A stretch of DNA of 64,000 bases, taken from contig OY740814.1 in the NCBI GenBank assembly GCA_963514005.1, positions 18,228,001-18,292,000 on the forward strand, given 5' to 3'. The notes beneath the pieces were generated by a model. It saw only the letters and a program-made list of their open reading frames with translations. It searched no databases and was not told the origin of the DNA. This stretch comes from Raja brachyura. Taxonomy: Eukaryota. The position numbers were made by a program, and so were the translations under genes. Below, piece by piece: positions 12,291-24,396 of the stretch. Positions within the stretch are counted from its first letter, which is position 1. Each line of letters begins with the position of its first letter.

Positions 12291-13377
12291 TTTTTTAATT
12301 CACACACGGAAGATATTGGTGTCACTGAAAAGGTCTACATTCATTGTTCAATCCAAGATGATAGTAACTTCTTAAAATGATACAGTCTGTGTTGAACGTA
12401 CTCAGTGTTTCTGCATCAGACATTCTTGGACTTCGACCCAGCATTGATGAAGGGCAAAAGATTTCCAAATCAGACATGACTGATTAGACAACATGGAAGT
12501 GGTGGTATTCCCGCATGCCCGGTTCCCTTGCCCTTGTAAGTAATAGAGGTTGCAGGCTAAGGAGGTGTTGCTGCAGTGTAGTTTGCAAATTACTGCAGCC
12601 ACAGCACACCGATGATGGAGAAAATTATTATATACGTTGGTGGATGGTTAGTATTGGAGTAGTCTTTCTTGTACTAGATGCAGCCTAGCTTTGAGAGTAT
12701 AAATGCAGCATATATATATGATGGAATATCGATAATATTCCATCATACTCCTGATTTACGCTTTGTAATGGGTAACAGGACTTTGTGGATTCATGAGGTA
12801 AGTCACCCATTGAAGAATGACCTCTTGTGGAGCCACTTGTGGAGCCATTTACGTGACTGGTGCAGTCATGTTTCCACTTGTGTTGATGGTGATGAATTTG
12901 TCAATGAGAATATTATTGAAAGTCAATGAAGGATGGTTAGGCATCTACATAATGGAGTTGATCATTGCCTGGAACTTCATCCATTCTGGCATTACAGAGG
13001 AGTGAAATTTAATTTCCTCTTATTCCATCCCTGAATGTTATCCATCCTTATTGTATGTGGGTAGGTACTGCTTACTTATCTGAATAGTTACAGATAGTAT
13101 TGAAGCCTGTTGATTCATCAGTTAAAGTCCACTTCTGTGACAATGAATGAAAGGCCATTGATTAAGCAACTGAGAACCATCAAAATTGGTATTTTGCCCT
13201 GAGGAACCTGTGCAAAAATGCTTACGACTGAATTGACCTCCGCAACCATACACCATATGCTAGGTGCAGATTCAACCAGTAGAGCGTTGTTCTACGATCT
13301 GCAATTGCTTCAGTTGTAACAGGGATCTTTGATGCCAATTTTGATCATACACTGCCTCAATGTCAAGATCACTATCA

Positions 13378-13473
13378 GTCTGAAGAAGGGTCTCGACCCG
13401 AAACGTCACTCATTCCTTCTCTCCAGAGATGCTGCCTGTCCCGCTGAGTTACTCCAGCATTTTGTGACTACCC
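13378..13473 (+). mobile_element. Short Penelope-derived insertion with 15-bp TSD
   Basis: Flanked by tcaagatcactatca (13363-13377) and tcaagattactatca (13474-13488). Confidence 0.9.
13380..13407 (+). ncRNA. Minimal type I hammerhead ribozyme motif (PLE type)
   Basis: CTGAAGA-A-GGGTC(TC)GACCC-GAAA-CG-TC: conserved core, 5-bp stem II, palindromic ACGT in place of helix III, GUC cleavage triplet, and a short stem I (agt/act). Confidence 0.75.
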
Positions 13474-14108
13474 TCAAGATTACTATCATTGTCCTGATTT
13501 GGACAAAGGCGATATTGAAGTGCTGGCAGGATTTAACTTGAGCGATATGTGTAGTGCCTGTTGGTGGATTATCGCAGCTTGAGGGCACTAACGTATTGCT
13601 TGTATGATCACTTGGGTTTTTCTGCTTTTGCTATATCATGTATATGTATTCCATTTTCGCACTCTCCACGGATCGCCACTCATTTTCAGACAGATGTGGC
13701 GTGTGGCTGCTCCTTACACGTTCTTCTACATTTCTCATTGAAAAAGAATTAACTTGTAGGGTTAATGCAGGTGAAACAGGGGAAGGGTATGCTGCACCAT
13801 AAATATATAATCTGTGCTTGGATACAAGTCTACTGCATTTGAAGGTCAAAGCACTCATGGAAACCCAATATTGAACACTTGGAATTGTTCTGATTCTTAG
13901 TTATAATGGTGGAAGTGTCACATAGCGCAGTAGAAGGTGATCATAGCTTGAAGACAAGACTTGATCTCCAAATGAACTAAGCAATGGTTCTTCATAGCAC
14001 AACCAGAAATCGATGAATAACCAGATCAATAGAATATTTTTCTCTGCTGTTGGTTCTCTCCCCACCTGCCTTAAGCCCACTCTGACAGTGATACACGTCA
14101 TTGTCAGA

Positions 14109-14150
14109 GTCTAGCACCAAGAGTGATTGAAATCACTCTTGGTGCTAGAC
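14109..14150. repeat. Perfect 20-bp inverted repeat with 2-nt spacer
   Basis: gtctagcaccaagagtgatt-ga-aatcactcttggtgctagac. Confidence 0.95.
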
Positions 14151-15639
14151 ATATAAGTCGTCATTCAAAATGTTGTGCCCTCGGTGGTTCTTCCATATCA
14201 AGGTCAGCGTGGACTATGGTGATTTATCAGATGTAGGTGCAAACAAAAGAAAGTTTCCTGACCTAAGGCCTTGTGCCTTGTGATTTAATGTAGAGGGCTC
14301 CCAATACCACTCCCCTTTGACCATAACACTGTGTCACACCACTGAAAGGTCTATCTTCCCAGTGAAACAGGTCATACTTAGAGGATGGATGTATCCAGGA
14401 CATTGAAAAATATGATTTTCTGAATTTGACTTGTCAAACTATTGCTTGACTGATCATTGGATAGCAGTAGTAATTTTGTTCTATGATGCTAGTGATAAAA
14501 AGCCTTGTTGGATTGAATGGATAGGTTGTGTGTCTGTTGAATCCAAATCCACTACTTGTGTTGATGTTAAACATTTCTTTCAGTTTCAATGTTATTATTA
14601 TTTACAATGTGTTGTGTTTAAATGGTTATTTGATGCATCTACATAGTTAATTTCAAAGCAATTCATTGTATTTTACGCACTTTGGGACATTCTCTGTGCA
14701 ATAATAAGGCACTAAATAAATGAAGGATTATTTTATAGCTACAGTATTCATTTTTTGCTCTTCAGCTATTCCTTTCATTCCTACTGGTTTGTCAGTAAGG
14801 AATGCTCATTTTTAGAAATGCCTTTTAAAATAATCTATGTATGTAAATAAAATAACAAATGATGAATTTTAATTAATGCCTCAGTAATGGGGTCCATGCC
14901 AGTCATTAACTCCTCAAGCTTCACTCGTACTAACTGCTTTTATATTGCCCTTGATTTAATTGGGATTTAAGAGGATCATTGTTCATGAGCTTCTTCCTGG
15001 TGTTTACACTACTGAATCATTCCTCTATATAAGTAATAGGTTACAGAGCAGTCTGTTGAAAGGATAAAATCCTATTTTATTTTGTAGTTTAAACATTGGG
15101 AGTTGACTCGCAAAAACCACTGTCCTAAAATCTTAAGTTAAACAAGACATGTTTAAAGTTGTGCTTAAATTTATGTTCAGGGAAACATTTGGTCAAGATA
15201 CAGTCCTTTGATTCACTGGCAGGCTTTCACTTAACCCAAGCTTACATTACAGTGTTCTGTGTATTATGCTAGATATTTTTCTGAATTATATTAAATTGCA
15301 AAGTACTGCTAAATTCTGTAAATATCCTATTATTTTTCTTTTACCTTTAAATATTACATATAAGCAGTCCAAATCTGTTTTCCCTTACTACTATGCGCTG
15401 ATTATTTTTTTAGCTGCAGACTCCAGAATATGCAGATTCTTGTGTCTCAAATTATTTCTGTTTATTTTGAAGAACAAATAAGTTAAAAATTCACAATTTG
15501 CTTTGCCACCCCCACCCCCCCCGTATAATAAGTGTACATATGAAATAATAGATAAAAGTAATAATCCTGACCTACCTGCTTAAAAGTTTCTAAAAATACG
15601 TACCTACTGAAACTACACATGCATCAAAAATTATCAATA

Positions 15640-16900
15640 AGAATATTAATTGGCCATATTTATACCCTTTTAATTAATTCTGGCAGCTGCTATTACTTGT
15701 TCAACCCGGGTCCATGATTGTTTGTGTCTAGTAATGGAAAAAAATTAAATAACCTAACCATTAAAAATTAATAATAATTTCAGGGGCTACAAATACAGCC
15801 CGAGAAGTAGAAGGCAATGGCATTATGACCTCAGTCAAACTGTTGGAGATGTTCCCAGTTCCAAATGTAATTCCTAGTATAAGATTATAACTCGCTTTAA
15901 AAATTGCCACTATGATCCTCATAGCCAAATGAACTCTTATTCACTAATTTTCCATACCTCTGTCTCCTGTTAATTTATTTATCTGATTTGATAGTATTTC
16001 CAGCAGCCTCTTGTATAAATGGGAGAGAAAGCTCAGATGAGAGATCTACTTAATTTTCTCCCTTGTAATTACTGATCTCATTTTTCTGATAATTTGAAGT
16101 TGTAATTGGCTACGGCAATTACATGTATATTTACTAATCACATTTGAAGCTCTGATTGTATCTATTTGCTGCCATTGATAATAAAGCAGGCAAATTGCAG
16201 AGGTGTTCTTTCTCTTTTTTCTCATCACTTAAAAGCTTCCTGAACCCTTCCACCCCCCACCATCCTGCATACTTTTATTTTTATTTTTTTGCCGTAATGA
16301 ATACATGCATGCATTTGACACAGTTATATAGTAGAGAAATTGTTTGGCTCCAACCAAATGCTACACACATTGAGTTTTGCCTGAAGCATTGAAAGGTTGT
16401 ATGTAATGATATATTGCTCATCCAAATGGCTGAAGCAGTCCAAAGCACTGTGAGATTAAAATAAGTCATCTCTTTGTTAATTTAAATAGGTGCATGTATC
16501 ATACTTTGCAAGGTAGTTTTAACAGGGATGTCACGGAGAATGCAGCCAAAAGGTATTTTTAATGGAAAAATGAGAACAGATGAAAATGCAGTCACTTCCA
16601 GCTGCCTTTTATATTCTCCTCTTCTTTAGCAATTGCAAATTTGATAAGGCAGCCATTAAACTCCCGCGGATCTTAATTTTAAGAAATTTCTGCGCATAAT
16701 TCTGTAAGATTTGACGCTTTTTGAAATTGCAAAGGAATTGCATCTGAGGGTTTTTGATATGTACTGGGAACTGCAATCAGCTTGCTGCCTTCAAATTGCT
16801 GCTCTGCAATAACTGTTTACTGATAATTGTAATGGTAATCTTTTTTATTGTTTCCTGAGTTTATGCAGTAAACCATTTGTGTGCCAAAAAATGATTATTT
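15640..16900. promoter_or_regulatory. Candidate conserved non-coding element cluster
   Basis: TE-free, dense in TAAT/TAATT and ATTGAT-like motifs, with retained CpGs (ctcccgcgga, tgcgcata, tgacgc). Conservation is inferred. Confidence 0.45.
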
Positions 16901-17375
16901 TAGAGGTATTTCCAATATTCTGAAAAACATGATGTACATTAATGATTGGTACTAGTCACAATTAAGTCTTAAAACTCTGAAGTTATGTGTAAAGTTTAAA
17001 AAAAATAGCCTCCCTCTTTTGGACAGATCATTTCAATTCCTATGATTGATGTGTATTTTAATTATATATTTTTGATTCTACTTGAAGAAATTTAAAGCAA
17101 ATGCTTCTAAATTTAAATATCAAAATAATTAAATTTTGATGATTATATGAAATAAGAACTGATTATTTTCTAACAATAATTACTTAGAGGAACAAAGCTA
17201 GAGTCATTTAAAAGAAAAATTGACCGACATTTAAGATATTGAGGTTGGGATAAAAGATGGATAATTTAATTAATCAGAAAAATTGCATGTCAAATAACAA
17301 TTTTTACGTTTAATAATTCTTTATCGCCCTCCTTTCCTCATTCATATATATATTCTTTGTCTTGCTACTTCCCAG

Positions 17376-17437
17376 GATCCACCAGTCCTTCCGGTTGGAG
17401 AGTTTTCTGAGTCATTTGTACATTTCATCACTCAGTG
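17376..17437 (+). CDS. MAP2K5: MAP2K5 coding exon, 62 nt, DPPVLPVGEFSESFVHFITQ(C)
   Basis: Acceptor ctacttcccag|, donor |gtaagc, phase 0/2. Matches MEK5 DSPVLPVGEFSEPFVHFITQC. Confidence 0.96.
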
Positions 17438-19316
17438 GTAAGCTCAGTTTGCAAACATGCCATCCCCTCAGTGTAAATGATACATTCCATTAGCTCTCAG
17501 ACTCCAGGAGACCTTATGGTATTCCTGCTCCTTTCCATAGACTGGGAGGGACTATGGGCCGTGAGCAGATGAATAGCAGAAAATAAAATGAATGCTGTTG
17601 CATAAATTCCGTGAATATTATTACATGGAAGGTCATATAACATTGTAACATGGAGCAGCTTCTGAAATTATCAGATGTCACATAAAAGTTTTACAGAGAG
17701 GAAGAAGGGGTAACTGGTGTGAAATGTTCACAGATGTCACAGCTGAAATCTAAATGATGGTGGGTAATAGCTTTGTTTTCCCTGGAGAAGCAGCTACTTT
17801 GGAATCATAGATTAGGACTGTTACCAAGCAAGTCTTTAGACAGCTTGAATTGCTTGCTAATGGGTGCATTATTCCAGAGGTGCATATGTTTGTTTATGGA
17901 GACAGCAAATTGTCCTCTGTGATAGTTAATGGTTTATAACTATGCTTCTTGTTTAGTACTCGAGTCTGTTAATTTTTCGAGTGTCATCCTTTATTAGCAT
18001 AAGATGTTATGGGAATACATTGCCTCAAATGACAGTTGCACTTCATAGAAAATAGCCCGTGTATCATAAGTGCATGAAATCATGTTATGATGAAAAAATA
18101 AACTTTTGATTGATTTTTTTACCAAATAGTGTACAGTTTTGCTGAAGGGATTTTTGTGCGTAATTTAGATTTTTAATCATTCAGTTATTTTCTGCTAAGT
18201 GGCTACCGATATTATCCATTTCCCATCAGATTTAAAAAATAAACAAATACAGTATTGAGAAACAAGCCCAGATAGTCTGTTCTTTTACACCTCCCAGCCC
18301 TCTCGTAAAGAGCAAGTACATGAAATAAATGTAATTAAAGCAGATGGTAGTAATAGTGATATCACAGCTGTCATCTTTTTGCCTGTGTCTCTAAACTAAA
18401 ATGTTATAATTTAAGTAAATGTTATTTTTTATAACATTAAAAGAAAATTTTGGAATTGTTTAGTAATGCGCAGAAAATGTTCCAATATATTGCATATCTA
18501 ATTTTTGAAGCGTTTGGAGGGGCAACGTGAGTATTCAGGAATTGTAGAAATAGAACTGTGTTTTCCTTAAACCTCTTGGGATGGCTGCGGTATTTTGCCA
18601 TTCTTTCAGAAATTATGCAATGTAATACCGGAATTATTGATTTAGTTGCAAGTATATGCCAGCAAATGCAAAGTTATTTCATTCCCATCCAGTTCTATTA
18701 TTTCACTGTTCTGTTTTCAAACGACATAATTCACTTTTTTTTTTTTAAGATAACTTCCCTCTCCAAGTCTACATGGATATATACCCCATCCAGTGTTGAC
18801 TGTGCCATATAGACTCAACTTTCAGGATTGATCATAATGTGGTGATCTTGACAGGGGCAGCAGTGAGAGCATGACAGTTGGTTCCTGTGTCCCCAGGCTA
18901 AGGAAGAGGGAAACAAAATGGTGCTTGGGTTCCTAGTTCTAATTGCCTTACACTGACCTCTCTCTAAATGTGGTTGTGTAAACATAAGATGAAGATGGAG
19001 TTGGCCTCCTCTGCCTTGTCCCCATGGTCAATTAGCCCACCAGCGTGTGTTTGTGTGTGAAGAATTGACCATTAAGATATGTTCTAGAGTCCAGCTGGCA
19101 TCTGTTGAATCATCTTTGCACTGTTTATTTTCTCTTTTGCGCTACCTGATGTACTGATGACTGGTATAATTTGCCTGAATAGCATGCAAAACCAGCTTTT
19201 TCAATGTATCTCGGTTCACATATAATAAACTTACAGCAATATCAACCTTCAACAGGGGTGTTGGGGGGAGGAAAATGGGTTTTATTTGCAATATACCTTC
19301 AAACTAGAAGTGCAAC

Positions 19317-20313
19317 ATAGAAAATTGGCTTTATGGAAGGAAGCAGATGGTGATGTAGAAGGTTGATTCTCAGACTGGAGGTCTGTGTGGTGTGCTTCAA
19401 GGTTCGGTGCTGGACCCGTTACTGTTTGTCATCTTTGTTAATGATTTGGATGAGAATGTACATGGCAAGATTAGCAAGTTTGCAGATGATACAAAAGTGG
19501 GTGATAATGCAGATAGTGAAGATGGTAGTGACGAATTGCAGCAGGATCTTGATCGGTTGGCCAGGTGGACTGAGGAATGGTTGATGGAATTTAATACAGA
19601 GAGATGTGAGGTGTTGCATTTTGGGAAGTCTATCATGGGCAGGGCCTACACAGTGGTAGGGCTTTCGGGAGTGTTAAAGAGCAGAGGGACCTAGGAGTGC
19701 ATGTACATAGTTCCTTGAAGGTGGAGTTGCAGGTAGATAGGGTGGCACATTGGCCTTCATAAGTCAGAGTTTTTAGTGTAGAAGTTGGGAGGACATGTTG
19801 CAATAATGTAAGATGTTGGTGAGGCCGCATTTAGAGTATTGTGTTCAGTTCTGGGCACCATGTTATAGGAAAGATGTTTTCAAGCTGGTAAGGGTCCAGA
19901 GAAGATTTATGAGGATGTTGCCAGGACTTGAGGAACTGAGCTATAGGGAGAGGTTGAGTAGACTGGGACTATTCCTTGGAATGCAGGAAGATGGGTGATC
20001 TTATAGAGGTGTAAAAAATCATGAGAGAAATAGATTGGGTAGATGCACAAAGTCTCTTGTCCAGAGTAGGGGAATCGAGGACCAGTGGACAAAGGTTTAA
20101 GTTGAAGGGGAAAATATTTCATAGGAATCTGAGGGGTAAATAAGAGGCAGGGACTATCGCAACATTTAATAAATAATTAGATAGGTACATAGGTAGCATG
20201 GGTTTGGAGGGATATGGGCCAAAAGCAGGCCGTGGGACTAGTGTAGCTGGGACCAGTTGGCGAATGTGGGCAAATTGGGCCGAAGGGCCTGTTTCCATCA
20301 TGTATGACTCTAT
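19317..20313 (+). mobile_element. CR1 LINE 3' half (RT C-terminal part plus 3' UTR)
   Basis: ORF 19392-19694 (QGSVLDPLLF, FADDTKVG, WLMEFNTERCEVLHFG), ORF 19813-19998 ([15 protein letters not shown]), and tail gggccgaagggcctgtttccatcatgtatgactctata. Confidence 0.93.
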
Positions 20314-20344
20314 ACCCTGCAGATGGGAAAATATTTCTCATAAA

Positions 20345-20433
20345 CACTAAAGATCACAAAGTAACTCAGTGGGTCACCTGAATCTCTGCAGAACATGGAT
20401 AGGTGACATTTCGGGTCGGGACCCTTCTTCAGT
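20345..20433 (-). mobile_element. Penelope terminal module with hammerhead core (20405-20432)
   Basis: The reverse complement reads ctgaagaagggtcccgacccgaaatgtc. Confidence 0.75.
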
Positions 20434-20889
20434 AATAAACACTGTTGCTAAGAATATGGTGCTTCTCATCTCCCTTCTTAATCAATAAGGAGAAAGATTG
20501 TATTAAATTATTTTTTGTCTCGCCTGTTGATGAATTCATGATCTTGGCCATGTGGCTGGAGCGGTATAAGTGAATGGGTAGGGGGTGGGATGTGGAGGGG
20601 AATCTGAGATTACAATATGGAAGATTGCTATTTCAAACCTGGTGGCTAGCCAAATGCCGCACTGAAAGAGTGCAGGGATCTGTCAAATGATCAGAATTGT
20701 GCAGTGAAGAGGTTGTTTATAAGTAAGTGTTGCTTCTGGCCAATATATTTCTCTTTATCCCAAATTAGTTTTTCATATAAGTAAATTGACGACTGAGGGA
20801 AATGTGTGGCATTTTCATCAAGCTTACTATTGAGCAGCCTATTCACAAGTCTTGAAAAATTCCCTAAATTTTGTACCAATTCAGTGGTT

Positions 20890-21090
20890 ACTTTTTTATT
20901 ATTGTCATAGGTACCGAGATACAGTGAAAAATGTTCTTTTGTGCGCTATGCAGGCAAATCATATATAAATGAGTACATGAGGTAATGAGAAAATAAAAAG
21001 AGTGCCAAACATGATGTTACAGCTATAAGAAAATTGCAGATAAAAAAGGTGCAAGGGCCGCAACAGGGTCGAGTGGAAGATTGGGAATTG
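20890..21090 (-). mobile_element. Rex-Babar-like LINE 3' end
   Basis: tttattattgtcataggtaccgagatacagtgaaaa resembles the tail attached to the RT at 33732-34100. Confidence 0.55.
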
Positions 21091-21944
21091 ACTGTCCTGG
21101 TTTCTGCGGTCACCACCCTAATTTTTTTTTAACTGTATGCTTTTCCCTCCCTCCCAATTTTCTCTGGAAGTTTCAATCTTGCTGTGGGTGGCCAAAAGCT
21201 TTCTGTGAATCCTCCATATGTCTGGAAACTGAGTCTTGACAAATTGTTCTGCTCTCACTCGCGTTCTAACATTGAGCACAAAAACACATGCCCACCCTTA
21301 TCATTAGTCAGCTAACAGCACAATCCTACAATCAAAGTAGAGTCATTCTGTAAGACCACCCAAGCCATTGAGAATACTCATGTTTATAATAATGCAGAGA
21401 TTTTAAAACAAAACCTGCATTTGTAGAAGAAAACTTGGAAATTGTATTTTTTTAAGCCATCCATCATTGAGACATTCCATTAACTGATTCGACACATGCT
21501 CTCCTTACTTGTTCCAGAAAATAATTAAACAAAATTGTAGTGTAACAAAAATAATAAAGTTCAAGATCATAGAAGTTTGCCAAGCATTTCAGTTCCCCAT
21601 CATAACCAATTGATTTCAAGGAAGAATATAAAAATAAAAAACAAAATTATGTTGGCCTTCTGGTGTACCTCCTGGAGCTGATTTTGAAGATACACTGACG
21701 GTTGCCTATCCATCCTGCAGCTATTTATAAAGATGCTTTGATACGAATTTATGTGCTGCATGAGGGATCTAAATAGGTAGAATTTTAAACTTGGGTTATG
21801 TTTTTAATCTCTTCATAATTTGTTAAGAGATGGTTCAGTACTCCTGAAGGTGTTGCAGTACAAAGGAGCTACTTTTCCATTGTAGACAGCATCCAGCATT
21901 TTCAGAGGAGCTGCAAGGAACCGCATATGCTAGAGTTCTTAGCA

Positions 21945-22060
21945 ACACATTGAGGAACTCAGTGGGCCAGGCAGCTTCTGCAGAGAAATGGACACATGAT
22001 GTTTCAGGTTGGGACCATTCTTCATCTGAAATGTCATCTGTCCATTCCCACCACAGATGA
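21945..22060. mobile_element. Degenerate fold-back Penelope terminal module
   Basis: Minus-strand arm gaggaactcagtgggccaggcagc...tcttcatctg joined to plus-strand ctgaaatgtcatctgtccattcc. Confidence 0.55.
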
Positions 22061-22423
22061 CAACCAAATTTGTGTTTTGATCAAGTGGTGTGTTTGTTTT
22101 GGAACAAAATACCAAAGACCATTGGTTGGTTGGTATGAAAGTGAAAAACTTCACTAGTAATAACTGTAACAATTACATGTTTTTAATTAATGGGTTAAGA
22201 AGCAGCAACTGTAATTCTGGTTTTGAGTTGAGATAATTAAATGCTATCCCTGGATACCAAAAATGGATCTCAACAAGATATTTACAAAAGAGATTTGGAA
22301 GTTACATTTTACATATATCCAAAAATCATGTTGATCAATAAACTGTATTTTATCTTTAAAATTGTGAATGTCATTGATAATTCACGTAGATTGTGAAATA
22401 ATGGTTGTGTTTATTTACCATAG

Positions 22424-22469
22424 CATGAGGAAGTTACCGACTGAAAGGCCTGCCCCAGAAGAGCTCATG
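22424..22469 (+). CDS. MAP2K5: MAP2K5 coding exon, 46 nt, (C)MRKLPTERPAPEELM
   Basis: Acceptor tttaccatag|, donor |gtaagt, phase 2/0, completing the TG+C Cys codon. Matches MEK5 subdomain XI MRKQPKERPAPEELM. Confidence 0.96.
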
Positions 22470-23053
22470 GTAAGTCACACTTACGTCATATAATTTGATG
22501 TACACGTAACATTGTCACATTTCATTGACCTAAGAGAAGCTTAGATTAATAGTAGCTTACTATCAAATCCTCTCAGGATTCAACATTTTATTTGAAAACT
22601 CATTAAATAATCTAACTCCATATATTCATACTTTACATACATTTTCCTACCTGAAACATGATGCAAAATGTAAGACAAATGTCTTTCTTTGAGTATATTT
22701 TTACTGATTTGAAGCAGTATATGTGCAAAATAGCAGAATAGTGCAAGATTGTAGTGTAAATCTGAGTAGTGCAAAAGAATACCTAAGTTCAGGTGGAGAA
22801 AGATATTAAGGTATTCAAACATTTGATGGAATGTTACTTTTCACTTGGGACATGTGAACAAAATTAGGTGTTACTTTGGAGTTGTACTGTTGACAGTTTG
22901 ATCCAAAATGTTGAATTATGTTTCCACAAGCCAGATAAGAGCTCAGTTTCATCTACAACACAATGAGAGAGTGTGCGGAAGTCGTTAAAGAAAGCTCAGA
23001 CATCTTGTTTGTGAGCATTAGATCCAACAAGTCTCTCCCTTTTCAAATAGGTA

Positions 23054-24396
23054 CATAATGTTTGGGACAAAGATCCATCATTTATTTATTTTCCTCTGTA
23101 CTTCACAATTTGAGATATGTAATAGAAAAAAAATCACATGTGGTTAAAGTGCACATTGTCAGATTTTATGTTGGGACACAGCAATATTATGTAAATGAAA
23201 GTAGTCATGTTTAGTATTTGTTGCATATCCTTTGCATGCAATGACTGCTTGAAGTCTGCAACTCATGGACCAGGTGCTGGATGTTTTCTCTGGTGATGTT
23301 CTGCCAGGCCTGTATTGCAGCCATCTTTAGCTTATGCTTGTTTTTAGGGACTAGTCCCCTTCAGTTTTCTCTTCAGCATATCAAAGGCATGCTCAATTCG
23401 GTTCAGATCGGGTGATTGTCTTGGCCACTCAAGGATTGACCATTTTGTTAGCTTTGAAAAACTCTGTTGTTGCTTTAGCAGTATGTTTGGGATCACTGTC
23501 TTGCTGTAGAATGAACCACCAGCCAATGAGTTTTGATGCATTTGTGTGAACATGAGCAGATAGGATGTGTCTATATATTTCAGAATTCAATACGCTACCA
23601 TCATCAGCAGTTGTATCATCAATGAAGATAAGTGAGCCAGTACCTTCAGCAGCCATACATGCCCAGGCCATAACACCCCTACCACCGTGTTTCACAGATG
23701 AGGTGGTATGCTTTGGATCTTGGGCAGTTCCTTCTCTCCTCCATACCTTGCTCTTGCCATCACTCTGATATAAGTTAATCATCATCTCATCTGTCCACAA
23801 GACCTTTCCCCAGAACTGTGGTTGCTCTTCAAAGTACTTCTTGGCAAACTGTAACCCGGGCATCCAATTTATGCGGCGAACCAATGGTTTGAATCTTGCA
23901 CTGTAGCCTATTTCTGGTCACAAAGTCTTCTGCAGACAGTGGTCATTGACAAATCGACACCTGGCTCCTCAAGAGTGTTTCTGATCTGTTGGACAGGTGT
24001 TTGGGTTTTTTTATTTATTATAGAGAGAATTCTTCTGTCATCAGCTGTGGAGGTCTTCCTTGGCCTGCCAGTCCCTTTGCGATTAGTCAGCTATCTTTCT
24101 TCATAATGATGTTCCAAACAGTTGATTTGGGTAAGCCTAAGGTTTGGCCGATATCTCCACAGTTTTACTCTTGTTTCTCAGTCTCATAATGGCTTCTTTA
24201 ACTTTCATTGGCACAACTTTGATTTTCATGTTGATAAACAGCAATAAAGGTTTCTAAAGGTGATGGAAAGACTGGAGGAAAGACTATGTGCTAAGAGCTC
24301 TCCTGTACCTGCATTAAGGCGGCAATTAAACACACCTGAGCAATTACAAACGCCTGTGAAGCCATGTGTCCCAAACATTATGGTGCCCTGAAATGG
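23054..24396 (-). mobile_element. Tc1-family DNA transposon with decayed DD(34)E-type transposase (remnant CDS about 24229 to 23211)
   Basis: Minus-strand motifs KVLWTDE, KHGGRGVMAWACM, FILQQDSDPKH and WPRQSPDLNRIEH; N-terminus MKIKVVPMKVKEAIMRL at 24229. The inverted motif cataatgtttgggaca (23054) pairs with tgtcccaaacattatg (about 24367). The termini appear truncated. Confidence 0.92.

Larger units (their letters stand above)
12300..14640 (-). mobile_element. Old, heavily degraded CR1/L2-group non-LTR retrotransposon
   Basis: The start resembles the reverse-complement 3' end of a common elasmobranch LINE (gacccagcattgatgaagg...ttccaaatcag...gtggtggtattccc). No intact ORF remains, so the extent is uncertain. 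Confidence 0.45.

Noticed and set aside
18850-19120. Possible additional ancient SINE relics (also about 26840-27170, 39480-39660 and 55120-55390)
   Set aside because: Too degraded to assign a family or boundaries by eye.
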